Assembly: GCA_965228855.1 (NCBI GenBank)
Contig: CBDDIJ010000003.1
Span: 1,984,001-2,048,000 of the forward strand
Reading direction: 5' to 3'
DNA length: 64,000 nucleotides
DNA from: Candidatus Obscuribacterales bacterium
GTDB lineage: Bacteria; Cyanobacteriota; Vampirovibrionia; Obscuribacterales; Obscuribacteraceae
Positions within the stretch are counted from its first letter, which is position 1, and each line of letters starts with the position of its first letter. A program made the translations under genes and the position numbers. Shown one piece after another: positions 31,892 through 41,553 of this stretch. A model generated the notes under the pieces. That model made no database searches, was not told where the DNA came from, and saw nothing but the letters and a program-made list of their open reading frames with translations.

Positions 31892-32344
31892 ATGCTCAAA
31901 AGAAGTCTTTCTGTATCATTGCTTTCGCTCGTCTTGCTGTCAGCGACAGCTTCACCTGTTTCAGCCAAACCGACCGATTGGAACAAAGAGCTGGCAAAAG
32001 GCTATCAACAGCTGTCAATTGGAAACAAAGAAGTCGCGGCGGAGTTTTTCGCGAAGAAAGTAGCCAAGTATCCAGGTTCCGCAGCCTGCCATACGGCTCT
32101 GGGTAAGGCTCTCAAACGTTTGGGCAAACTCGACGAGGCCAAAAAGGAATTCCGTTCCGCCACGCAATGCGAACCCACATTCGCTGACGGTTTTTATGAA
32201 TTCGGCTCCTCACTCGAAGCCGACGGTCAATATAAAGAGGCAATCGAAAACTTCCAGAAGTATCTCGAATTAAGCCAGGACGCAGCCAAGCGGAAGAATA
32301 TTGAAGACAGAATAAGATTCTGCCAGGACAAGCTCTCAAGCTAG
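31892..32344 (+). CDS. Secreted TPR protein
   Basis: Signal peptide and about 3 TPR motifs. Confidence 0.85.
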   Translation: MLKRSLSVSLLSLVLLSATASPVSAKPTDWNKELAKGYQQLSIGNKEVAAEFFAKKVAKYPGSAACHTALGKALKRLGKLDEAKKEFRSATQCEPTFADGFYEFGSSLEADGQYKEAIENFQKYLELSQDAAKRKNIEDRIRFCQDKLSS

Positions 32345-32402
32345 TAAACTGAGCGAAGAAGGCAAGTTGGTAGAACAATTGCGCTTATAAAGGGGTGGCA
32401 AG

Positions 32403-33356
32403 GTGGCTGACAAACAATTCGCATTTTTCGAAGGCAAATTCGTCGATATCAACGACGCGAAAATTAGCATCAAAACGCACGTAATCCAATACGGAACCGG
32501 CGTTTTCGAAGGCATTCGCGGATATTGGAACGAAAAGGAAGGGGAGATGTACCTCTTCCGGCTCAGAGAGCACTTCGAACGCATGATAGATAGCATGAAG
32601 ATCATGCGCATCGAGCCGCTCCACACAGTCGACGAGATGTGCGACATGGCTGTGGAGCTGGTCAAAATGAACGGCGATAAAACCGACGTTTATGTCCGCC
32701 CGCTCGCGTATAAAAACAGCACCGCGATTGGACCGGGACTACACAATAATCCTTCCGAATTTTGCATGTACACGGTGCCATTCGGAGCTTACTTCAAGGC
32801 CGGCGACGAAGGGCTTCGCGTCATGGTTTCAAGCTGGAGACGAATCGAAGACAACGCCATTCCGGCGCGCGCGAAAGTTACGGGCGCTTACGCCAACACA
32901 GCGCAATCGAAGACAGACGCAGTGCTCTACGGCTTCGACGATGCGATCGTGCTCAGTGAAGACGGACATATCTCCGAAGGTTCGGCGATGAATATCTTCC
33001 TCGTCAAAAACGGCGAATTGATGACCACACTTCCTTCAGACAACATTCTCGTCGGTATCACCCTTGGTTCGGTGATGGAGTTCGCAAAAGAAGAACTCGG
33101 CATCGTCGCAACCAAACGCAAGATCGATAGAACGGAACTCTACTCTGCAGACGAAATCTTCTTCTGTGGAACAGGCGCAGAAGTGACGCCGGTTGTCGAA
33201 GTCGACAAACGTCCGATCGGCACTGGCAAGATGGGACCGACCTGCAAGGCGATCAAAGACCTCTATTACAAGATCACTCATGGTGAGATTGAGAAATACC
33301 ACAAATGGCTGACACCGGTTTATGCTAAGAAGGGGAGCAAAATCGGCGCTCGGTAG
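32403..33356 (+). CDS. ilvE: Branched-chain amino acid aminotransferase
   Basis: YGTGVFEGIRGY, FRLREH, AKVTGAY, EGSAMN, GTGAEVTP. Confidence 0.96.
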   Translation: MADKQFAFFEGKFVDINDAKISIKTHVIQYGTGVFEGIRGYWNEKEGEMYLFRLREHFERMIDSMKIMRIEPLHTVDEMCDMAVELVKMNGDKTDVYVRPLAYKNSTAIGPGLHNNPSEFCMYTVPFGAYFKAGDEGLRVMVSSWRRIEDNAIPARAKVTGAYANTAQSKTDAVLYGFDDAIVLSEDGHISEGSAMNIFLVKNGELMTTLPSDNILVGITLGSVMEFAKEELGIVATKRKIDRTELYSADEIFFCGTGAEVTPVVEVDKRPIGTGKMGPTCKAIKDLYYKITHGEIEKYHKWLTPVYAKKGSKIGAR

Positions 33357-33390
33357 TCTATAAACTCACGCATCCTCACTGGGTAGAAAT

Positions 33391-33822
33391 ATGAAACCGC
33401 CATTGATCATTCTCAGTCTCTTTCTGGCGTTGGTGACTTGTGTGTTTGCGACTAGCTCGCCAGTTGACGCCCAGGCGTCCAAACCGAGTGACGCTTACAA
33501 ACAATTTCTCGCGCGCCTGTACTGGGCGAAACAACTCAAAGACTTTACGTTTTGCATGCAAGAGTCCACGAGAACTCACATGGAGAGCCTCACAGGACAA
33601 GAAGCGCGTGACGCTTTCCTTCGCTACAAACGCAGTTATGTAGCTAAGTTCAAAGTGATAAAAGAAGAAGTTGTTGAGGACCGCGCCTTCATCGAAGGCG
33701 AAGGAATCGCTGTAGAATCCGGACAGCGAGTCAAGGCGCATGTGCGGGCGCAAATGGTTCGCGAAGGTGGAGCATGGAAAGTCATGTTCACCAACTGGAG
33801 CGGTACTATTTACGGTCGCTAG
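33391..33822 (+). CDS. Secreted hypothetical protein (possibly NTF2-like)
   Basis: Signal peptide; MVREGGAWKV near the C-terminus. Confidence 0.75.
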   Translation: MKPPLIILSLFLALVTCVFATSSPVDAQASKPSDAYKQFLARLYWAKQLKDFTFCMQESTRTHMESLTGQEARDAFLRYKRSYVAKFKVIKEEVVEDRAFIEGEGIAVESGQRVKAHVRAQMVREGGAWKVMFTNWSGTIYGR

Positions 33823-34654
33823 CCGCCGGTATCATCGGCACGAATCGCACTGGAATCAAGGTCTGCTTGCTGATTGAACCATCGGCGTTCTTGACGAGCT
33901 TGAGAAGCCACTGCACTTCGCCATTCTCACCGACAGGCACCACCAGTGTGCCGCCGATTTTTAGCTGCTCAAGTAATTTGTCCGGTATCGCCGGCGGTGC
34001 AGCAGTAACTATCACAGCGTCAAAAGGCGCTTCCTCACTCCATCCTTTGTATCCGTCACCGACTTTCTGATGGACATTCTCGATACCACAGGCGGTGAGA
34101 GCAGTCTTTGCCCTGGCGGCGAGTTCAGGAATTATCTCAATCGAATAAACATCCTTGACCAATCGAGATAAAACAGCGGCCTGATATCCGGAACCCGTCC
34201 CGATTTCAAGAACGCGCTCATGACCCTGAAGATTCAGCGCCTCCGTCATGTACGCAACGATAAACGGTTGCGAGATGGTCTGACCTTGCCCGATCGGAAG
34301 AGGATTGTCGTCGTAGCTGTTTTGTTTCAACGACTCGTCTACGAATCGATGGCGGGGCACACTTGCTAAAGCGCGAAGCACTTTTTCATTCTTTACGCCC
34401 TTCTCCTTAATCGATTCGAGCAGCAAAGCACTCTCTTTACTAAACGTGCGATCTTCCTCTCTCCCGCCTTTTGGCTCGACGTTGCATCCGTCGTTATCAG
34501 CCTCTGCGCATCCCGAGCTGTTCAGAGATACCGCACCAAGAGCCGCGAGTGAACTCAGAAATCTTCGAAACGGTCGTCCAGAGCGGTTCCGCGCAGTGAG
34601 TTTGGCAATGCGCTGATTGAGTGATGTAATCATTTTAGAAACGTCTATATGCAT
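33806..34654 (-). CDS. pcm: Protein-L-isoaspartate O-methyltransferase with N-terminal extension
   Basis: VPRHRFV, GQTISQP, VLEIGTGSGYQAA, APFDAVIVTAA, VRFVPM. Confidence 0.95.
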   Translation of the reverse strand: MHIDVSKMITSLNQRIAKLTARNRSGRPFRRFLSSLAALGAVSLNSSGCAEADNDGCNVEPKGGREEDRTFSKESALLLESIKEKGVKNEKVLRALASVPRHRFVDESLKQNSYDDNPLPIGQGQTISQPFIVAYMTEALNLQGHERVLEIGTGSGYQAAVLSRLVKDVYSIEIIPELAARAKTALTACGIENVHQKVGDGYKGWSEEAPFDAVIVTAAPPAIPDKLLEQLKIGGTLVVPVGENGEVQWLLKLVKNADGSISKQTLIPVRFVPMIPAASDRK

Positions 34655-34773
34655 AACGCGAGCAACCTATCTCTTAAGAGACTAACAGGAAGCACGCGTC
34701 GATGGTGCAATTTCAAACTCAGTTGTCTAATTACTTTGTGTTTTCCGTTGTATCTCTACAACATGGAGAACGT

Positions 34774-35397
34774 CTATTTCGAACTCAATGCAATCTGTTC
34801 TTTCATAACTGCCGAACGCAAGTTGTTGAGCACTTCCGGCATGATTTTTCGCAACTCGCTGTTGACCATCACTTGCGGAAGTAACATGCCACCATCGATG
34901 TGCTTTGCATAAGTTACCAGTGTCCTGTCGCCATCAACCGGCGTCAGCTGCCAGTATCCCTCGTTTGCTTTAAAAGCACCGCTGTGCCGAGTCCACTCGA
35001 TCCGCTTCAGCGCTTTCAACTCGGAGATGTTCAGAACATAATCATATTTCCAGAGACCGCCCATGGAAGCGACCGTAAAGCTGATCGTTTTCTGCGGGCC
35101 ATTATCACTGATAATCTGCAGGCGTTTGAGATTCGAATAGATTTCGTCGGCTCGATCGTACTGGGTGAGCGCATCCCAGACAACGTCAGGCTTCGAGTTG
35201 ATTACGACCTGCGCGACTTGATAGCTTTTATTTCCAACTTTCTGCTGCGCGATTGTCGCTTGAGGACGCGGAGAAATCATACTGACCTGGCTTACGGTGT
35301 TGTCTGGCTTCATTCTCTCAGCGTAGGCAGGAGCCGTGGAGATAAATGATAGGATGACGAGTACACTGAGCAAGCCAGCTCCACTACCGTTTTTCAT
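34774..35397 (-). CDS. SRPBCC/START-like (polyketide cyclase family) protein with signal peptide
   Basis: INSKPDVVWDALTQYD, SGAFKANEGYWQL, TLVTY. Confidence 0.8.
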   Translation of the reverse strand: MKNGSGAGLLSVLVILSFISTAPAYAERMKPDNTVSQVSMISPRPQATIAQQKVGNKSYQVAQVVINSKPDVVWDALTQYDRADEIYSNLKRLQIISDNGPQKTISFTVASMGGLWKYDYVLNISELKALKRIEWTRHSGAFKANEGYWQLTPVDGDRTLVTYAKHIDGGMLLPQVMVNSELRKIMPEVLNNLRSAVMKEQIALSSK

Positions 35398-35603
35398 AAG
35401 TTTCCACCTGTAAAGTTCTTCGTGAGAGGGCGACTGGGAAGCGAGATCACGCGAATCAGGACGATAGGAAACTGGACGCCAAAAGCAGCCATGCTTCCAG
35501 CTTCCTGAACACTTACAAACGCCTGATTAAGGGGATCCAGCCTTTCTTCGAAGTAGCTCGATGTGTTTAGTTGACGGGAGGGGGCATAGGTTGTTCCCGT
35601 TTC

Positions 35604-35621
35604 TGTGATCGCTAGATCACA
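35604..35621. promoter_or_regulatory. Palindromic operator-like site between divergent genes
   Basis: TGTGATC-GCTA-GATCACA. Confidence 0.4.
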
Positions 35622-35823
35622 TCATCGTTGGAAGCGAAAATTTGCAAGAAAACAGTTCAAATTTGAAAGCCTCAAGCAGGCCAATAGCCGAACTCGAGGA
35701 GACGGCACCGTCGCGCTATCGGTTTAAAACGAAAACCTGAGCCGTTTTCCTGAAACCCTGCTAAAAAAGGTCCGATCCGTGTGAACTAGAATAGGAACAG
35801 ACAGATGCTAGGCAGGCAATCGA

Positions 35824-36618
35824 ATGAATATGAAAAATGTAGTTGGTCGACGGATGTGCGGGACATTGTTAGTGGCAGGATTGGCAATGTTTACCAGTGC
35901 AAGCGCCGGTCATGCGCAACTCACCGATGGTTCTTCCGATAGAACCGACAACTCTTTCGAGGTGCCGGGCTGGTTTTCGAAAGACAAGTCAGATATCGCA
36001 AGATATCCGGTTCCCCTCCTGCAGCCGCAAACACAATCAGCTCCGTCACCACTGGTGGTGATTCAAAAAGGAGGCACTCTGGGAAATCCAGGAGTGTTTT
36101 CTTCAAAAACAATTTTGACACCCACTCCAACCGGCTTTATCGCAACTGGTTCATCGCTTCCCTGGGTCGCTCCGGGTGCTGGTTTTAGTGGATACGGCGG
36201 ATATGGTGGATACGGCGGCTACGGTGGTTGGGGCGGTGGAAGGCCATACGTCGGCAACCGAATGGGCGGATTCAGTCACTACTCATCATATATAGATTAC
36301 GCAGGCGTTCCATCAGGCTACGCCTACGGATTCAACATCGGTGGCGGCATGCCCTGGATGGGAGGCGGCGGTTTTGGAATGACACCAATGGGTGTCGGTC
36401 GCAGAGTAACCGCCACGATTGTCGCACCCGAGACTAAAACTCAGGGCACCTACTACAACAGCGGTCAAACCGGCAATTCAGGAAACAGCTACTACTCTTC
36501 CAATGCTCCGGTGGTGCAACCAAATGCGGTGACGATACCACCCAAACAAAGTCCAAAAACCTACTGGGGCGATAGCGGAAGCCCATTCGGCAAGGACTTG
36601 AACGCCACACCCTGGTGA
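35824..36618 (+). CDS. Secreted Gly/Tyr-rich low-complexity protein
   Basis: Signal peptide ending GHA; (GYG)n tract. Confidence 0.8.
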   Translation: MNMKNVVGRRMCGTLLVAGLAMFTSASAGHAQLTDGSSDRTDNSFEVPGWFSKDKSDIARYPVPLLQPQTQSAPSPLVVIQKGGTLGNPGVFSSKTILTPTPTGFIATGSSLPWVAPGAGFSGYGGYGGYGGYGGWGGGRPYVGNRMGGFSHYSSYIDYAGVPSGYAYGFNIGGGMPWMGGGGFGMTPMGVGRRVTATIVAPETKTQGTYYNSGQTGNSGNSYYSSNAPVVQPNAVTIPPKQSPKTYWGDSGSPFGKDLNATPW

Positions 36619-36644
36619 TTCGTTGCGACTGCACGACAGCAACT

Positions 36645-37199
36645 CTACAGATATTTCTGAACTATCGACTTCAGCACCTCGAAGCTGGTTAAACCTGTGC
36701 TTCGCTCAACAGGCTTACCATCTTTGAAAACTATGAAGGTCGGCACGACCCGCACGCCATAACGGTTTGCCGAGACCGGACTTTCGTCGATATCCATCTT
36801 CAGAACTTTTACTTTTCCATTCCAACCGAGGTCAAGCTGTTGCACCACCGGCAGCATCATCTTGCACGGACCGCACCAGGTCGCACCAAAATCGACAAGC
36901 GCTACGCCCTTATAATCCAGCACGTCATGCTCGAAGGACAAATCATTGACCGGTGTTAATTTCGAATCGTCTGATTCCTCTCCATCAGTCTTAACAACGG
37001 AAACCGGCGCCACTGAGCTAAGTTTCTGCTGACGCACGCGCCGAGGGTCGGACTGGACAACCGCTGGCCGGGTAGCGGAGCAGCTTTCCGTCAAGTGACA
37101 GCGAGAATGGCGAGCCGGCGAAATTATCGCCATGAATACAATTCCCGCGACAACGCAGGCAAAGATTAGCGGTAAAGCGAGCTTGGTCATACTCGCCAT
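36645..37199 (-). CDS. Membrane-anchored thioredoxin
   Basis: WCGPC, cis-Pro motif VPT, N-terminal hydrophobic helix. Confidence 0.9.
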   Translation of the reverse strand: MASMTKLALPLIFACVVAGIVFMAIISPARHSRCHLTESCSATRPAVVQSDPRRVRQQKLSSVAPVSVVKTDGEESDDSKLTPVNDLSFEHDVLDYKGVALVDFGATWCGPCKMMLPVVQQLDLGWNGKVKVLKMDIDESPVSANRYGVRVVPTFIVFKDGKPVERSTGLTSFEVLKSIVQKYL

Positions 37200-37206
37200 T
37201 ATAATG

Positions 37207-37929
37207 CTAGGCGCTCAGCTTCGGTTGCATAGCAATCGGCGGAGGCAATTCCCTTGTCCACTGGAATGACCGCAAGGTCTCCACGATAGTCTGCGCATGA
37301 AACGGCATGTCATCGGTCGGCGCAGAGAAATGAACTTCATGTACCAGACGTCCGGGACCGTCTTCGGAGTCGGTAAATATACTCAGGAATTTGCGATCGA
37401 AAAGATTGTGCTCCCACCAGAGGGCCAACATCCGCCGTCCATGCAATTCTCCAACCTCAGCGGCGGCAATCGTGTACGAAGTCTCGCAGCACTTTGCCCG
37501 GGCAAACTGAACACCGCCAAGCATTCGGCCGCCGACGCTGGCATACCAGATTTCACGAATCTCATCGAGGTCCGGCTCTGATAGCTCCTTGAGTTCGGTC
37601 AACAAACTGCTGAACTTTGCCGCAGTTTCCATCGACACAGGATTTCCGCGAAACCAGAACTCCAGAGTGACGCTTGAATCGGTTTTCAACTCGAAGCGCC
37701 TGAAGATTTGACCTGCGCAGGAAATTCCACCTGCCAGGATTGTGGAACGCGTGCACTCTTGCCATTTGTTCAGGCGGATAAATTTGATTTCGTCAAAAAT
37801 CTGACCTGACAGCCGAGTGACGTCCGAAGTATCTACTTTGAATGACAATTTGCTTGATCTAGCGTGCATCTGTTTACCGCTCGAGATCCCCGGGTGCTGA
37901 CTGGTGCCGCATATGCGTCGCATATCCAT
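37207..37929 (-). CDS. Hypothetical protein
   Basis: 240-aa ORF abutting the thioredoxin gene; start uncertain. Confidence 0.7.
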   Translation of the reverse strand: MDMRRICGTSQHPGISSGKQMHARSSKLSFKVDTSDVTRLSGQIFDEIKFIRLNKWQECTRSTILAGGISCAGQIFRRFELKTDSSVTLEFWFRGNPVSMETAAKFSSLLTELKELSEPDLDEIREIWYASVGGRMLGGVQFARAKCCETSYTIAAAEVGELHGRRMLALWWEHNLFDRKFLSIFTDSEDGPGRLVHEVHFSAPTDDMPFHAQTIVETLRSFQWTRELPPPIAMQPKLSA

Positions 37930-38178
37930 CTATATGCAGCTCGCAAGAACAACATGAATTTCCCATTTTGCTGCAATCTTGACAATCGTGAGATTCCCCC
38001 TGGAGTTACACTTAAATTTGAGAGCGTTTGGCGTTTTTTCAGTCCAGGTGCCGGATATAGCAATTTTGAGCAAAAAAAATTTCTCCGCAACTGTCCGTCA
38101 CACCTTATAGGCTGAGAAAAAAGCCAATTGTATAATCTTCATTAAATTCGACCGCTCCTCCGGACAACTTCGACAGAG

Positions 38179-40515
38179 GTGACAGTTCACGCCCTGATGA
38201 CCCAGCAAACCTTTGAAGGACCACTACTTAAGATACTGAGAGACCAGGGGCGAGCCACTGAGGACATTGAGTTTGTTCAGAAGGCATACGATTTCGCGCA
38301 TAAAGCTCACGACGGTCAGCTTCGCAAGTCCCAGGACCCATATATAATTCACCCGGCTGAGGTGGCCGCGATCCTGGCGGAACTCGATGCCGACGTACAA
38401 ACCATCTGTTCGGCTCTACTCCACGACGTGCTGGAAGATTGCGACGTCACAGCCAAGGAAATGGAGAAAGAGTTTGGAAAGGACATCGTCACCATTGTCG
38501 AGGGCGTTACCAAACTCGGAAAGTTCAGTTTTAGCTCCAAAGAAGAGCGCCAGGCGGAAAACTTCCGCAAACTCATTGTTGCCATCGCTGAAGACTACCG
38601 CGTTGTCCTGGTAAAGATGGCTGACCGCCTTCATAACATGCGCACGCTGGACCACATGGCGCCGCACAAACAACAGGAAATAGCCAAAGAGACGCTGGAA
38701 ATCTACGCGCCACTGGCAAACCGTTTCGGTCTCGGGGAGATGAAATGGGAGCTGGAGGACCTCGCTCTGAGCTATATGGAGCCAGGGGAATATCAGCGCC
38801 TGCGTCAGCTTGTGGCTGATGAACGTCCCGAGCGCGAAAATCTGATTGGTGATGTAGTTGAAAAACTGCGAGCAGCCCTTGTAGAGCGCAATATCAAAGC
38901 AGAAATCAGCGGCCGACCGAAACACCTTTTCGGTATCTGGCGCAAGATGAAGAAACAGAACAAGCCTTTTGAAGAGCTTTTCGACATCCAAGCATTGCGA
39001 GTAATCATAGACAGCTCCGAAGACAAAAATTTCTGCGACCTGGAAAAAGATACCGATACCTCAGGTTGCTACGAAGTAATGGGCGTCGTCCATGCGCTAT
39101 TTACGCCAATTCCGGGGCGATTCAAAGACTACATCGCCATGCCGAAGTTCAACAACTATCAATCGCTGCATACCGCGGTTATTGGTCCGAAGGGCAGACC
39201 TCTCGAAATTCAGATTAGAACGAGGCGAATGCACCACATCGCCGAATACGGGATTGCAGCGCACTGGCGCTATAAAGAGTCCGGTGCGTCGGTCAAAGCA
39301 AACACAGATTCGGACAAGAAAATCACCTGGCTTCGTCAACTCGTCGACTGGAGGCAAGATCTCGCCGATGCGCAAGAGTACATGGACGAAGTCAAAATCG
39401 ACTTGTTCTCGGATGAAGTGTTTGTGTTCAGTCCGCGCGGAGACGTAATAGATCTGCCGACCGGTTCCACTCCAATCGATTTCGCTTACCGAATTCACAC
39501 AGATGTTGGTCACAAGTGCGTCGGCGCAAAGGTGAACGATCGCATCGTGCCACTGAATACGGTGCTTAAGAACGGTGACATTCTTGAAATTATCACAAGT
39601 AAAGTGACCCAGCCCAAAATGGACTGGCTCAACTTCGCTCGCACCCATGGCGCGAAGAGCAAGATCAGAAACTGGTTTAAGAAGCATCATAGAGAAGAAC
39701 ACATTCAGCAAGGCCGCCAGATGCTTGAGGCGGAGCTCGGTCGCAAGGGACTAGAAGAATTGCTGGAGTCCGAGCGCATCATGGAGATGGGCAAAAAGCT
39801 AAATCTCCGAAAGTCGGACGATATCTTGGCTGCAATCGGATATGGCGATATTTCGACATCCACCGTTGTCGCAAAACTGCGCGAGCTGGATCAACTGGAG
39901 AAAGTAGAGAAGAAAGGCTACACTCTCCCACTCACTCAGGAACGCAAGCAGAGCAACATTGGCTCTCTAACCAGCTTGCTGCATCATCTAGCAAAATGCT
40001 GCCAACCGGTTCCAGGCGAAGAAATTATCGGTGTCGTCACCAGGGGCAGTGGCATCGCAGTTCACCGCCACGATTGTTCCAATTTGTCTAAAGCGTCCGC
40101 AGAGCGCGTGATGGCTGTAGACTGGTCAACAGAGCGAAATACGACATACCCCGCCATGGTCAAGATCGAATGCATCGATCGCGTCGGTATCGCCGGCGAT
40201 ATTCTGAAGAAGGTTTCAGACCACAGAGTAAATCTGCGCGATCTGCGAATAGAAACGAATAAAGACAAGAAAACGGCGTCTATAATCCTGATGCTGGAAG
40301 TCGTTGACGTAGATCAGTTGCAAAAGATCTCGCAAGCAATATCACAAATCAGTGACGTCATTCGCGTCCACAGAACTGACCATAAGAAGAAGGCTCCTGC
40401 TCCACCGGCCAACGGTACTCCGAAACAGAAAGCGTCGAAAGGCAGTAACGTTACTCCTATCAATAAGACCGCCAAAGCGAAGTCACCCAGGAAATCGCGT
40501 TCCGCAGATTCGTGA
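38179..40515 (+). CDS. relA/spoT: Bifunctional (p)ppGpp synthetase/hydrolase
   Basis: HDVLED hydrolase motif, ADRLHNMRT, RFKD, YQSLHT, EIQIRT, TGS, CC and ACT domains. Confidence 0.97.
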   Translation: MTVHALMTQQTFEGPLLKILRDQGRATEDIEFVQKAYDFAHKAHDGQLRKSQDPYIIHPAEVAAILAELDADVQTICSALLHDVLEDCDVTAKEMEKEFGKDIVTIVEGVTKLGKFSFSSKEERQAENFRKLIVAIAEDYRVVLVKMADRLHNMRTLDHMAPHKQQEIAKETLEIYAPLANRFGLGEMKWELEDLALSYMEPGEYQRLRQLVADERPERENLIGDVVEKLRAALVERNIKAEISGRPKHLFGIWRKMKKQNKPFEELFDIQALRVIIDSSEDKNFCDLEKDTDTSGCYEVMGVVHALFTPIPGRFKDYIAMPKFNNYQSLHTAVIGPKGRPLEIQIRTRRMHHIAEYGIAAHWRYKESGASVKANTDSDKKITWLRQLVDWRQDLADAQEYMDEVKIDLFSDEVFVFSPRGDVIDLPTGSTPIDFAYRIHTDVGHKCVGAKVNDRIVPLNTVLKNGDILEIITSKVTQPKMDWLNFARTHGAKSKIRNWFKKHHREEHIQQGRQMLEAELGRKGLEELLESERIMEMGKKLNLRKSDDILAAIGYGDISTSTVVAKLRELDQLEKVEKKGYTLPLTQERKQSNIGSLTSLLHHLAKCCQPVPGEEIIGVVTRGSGIAVHRHDCSNLSKASAERVMAVDWSTERNTTYPAMVKIECIDRVGIAGDILKKVSDHRVNLRDLRIETNKDKKTASIILMLEVVDVDQLQKISQAISQISDVIRVHRTDHKKKAPAPPANGTPKQKASKGSNVTPINKTAKAKSPRKSRSADS

Positions 40516-41108
40516 AAATCGTCTTAGCTACCAAGAATCATGGAAAACTTCGAGAGCTCAGCGCCATGGCGAAAGAGCTGGGCGAGACGAACTTCGATTT
40601 CGTGCTTGCGCCGGACGAATTCGACCCGGAAGAGACCGGCACGACTTACCTGGAAAACGCCGTCATCAAAGCCACCGAAGCGGCACGCATGACCAACCTC
40701 CTTTCCATAGCCGACGATTCCGGGCTCGCCGTTGACGCTCTTGATGGACGACCCGGAGTTTTCTCCGCGCGCTACTCGGGACACGATGAGGCCGCTGGCA
40801 GGCGCAAATTACTTGAGGAATTGAAAGACGTTCCCGACGGCAAGCGCGGTGCCCAATATGTCTGCTGTATGGCAGTTTGCGCTCCAACGAATCTGGAGAT
40901 TGTTTACACGGTCGAAACATATTGGAGAGGCCGAATCGGGGTTGAAGAACGTGGCACGGGCGGTTTCGGTTTCGACCCGATCTTTTATGAAAACAATTCT
41001 GACGTAACGGTAGCTCAACTACCAGCTGTAGAAAAGAATCAAAAGTCGCACCGTGGGCAAGCCTGGAGACATGTGCTTACTTTTCTGGAGAAAACTTTCA
41101 TTAGTTAA
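40512..41108 (+). CDS. rdgB: Non-canonical purine NTP pyrophosphatase (dITP/XTP)
   Basis: ATKNHGK, DDSGL, PGVFSARY, GFGFDPIF, SHRG. Confidence 0.96.
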   Translation: MKIVLATKNHGKLRELSAMAKELGETNFDFVLAPDEFDPEETGTTYLENAVIKATEAARMTNLLSIADDSGLAVDALDGRPGVFSARYSGHDEAAGRRKLLEELKDVPDGKRGAQYVCCMAVCAPTNLEIVYTVETYWRGRIGVEERGTGGFGFDPIFYENNSDVTVAQLPAVEKNQKSHRGQAWRHVLTFLEKTFIS

Positions 41109-41234
41109 TGAGAGGAGCTACATATACAACCACGTTCACAAGAGCTAGGATGTGTCGTCGTAGTCAACTTACCGACGTTAATGGCAACTCATCAACGTCG
41201 GCGACCAAATTAACCCCGAAAGGAGCCCGGTCGA

Positions 41235-41522
41235 GTGACAGATTTTCTGGTTTCCCCACCTAACAATGCAGCTGCGCTTCCTGCCTCCGACACGTGGCAG
41301 AACGAAAGCTACAACCATTTAAAAGTGCAGCCCGAGTCTCCCGAGGCGAAGGAAATCAACTTGCGCGAGGCGCTTGAGTGGCTCCTCGGCAGCCCCGAAC
41401 CCCATCAAGAAGTCCAGCTATCGGACGAAGAAAAAGAAAGCCGTAAAGAGCGCCGCATGGATCTGCTTATGTGGATCATGAACCTTGAGATGCGCCTCTC
41501 GCCATACCGCGAACCAGCCTAG
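41235..41522 (+). CDS. Small hypothetical protein
   Basis: AAGGAG RBS before GTG. Confidence 0.65.
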   Translation: MTDFLVSPPNNAAALPASDTWQNESYNHLKVQPESPEAKEINLREALEWLLGSPEPHQEVQLSDEEKESRKERRMDLLMWIMNLEMRLSPYREPA

Positions 41523-41553
41523 GCGCGGACGTCTTATCGTTAGAGCGTCTGAA

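Noticed and set aside
41130..41205. glnA (glutamine) riboswitch suggested by CGTTCA
   Set aside because: The expected GGAAGTA / GAAG E-loop elements are not visible
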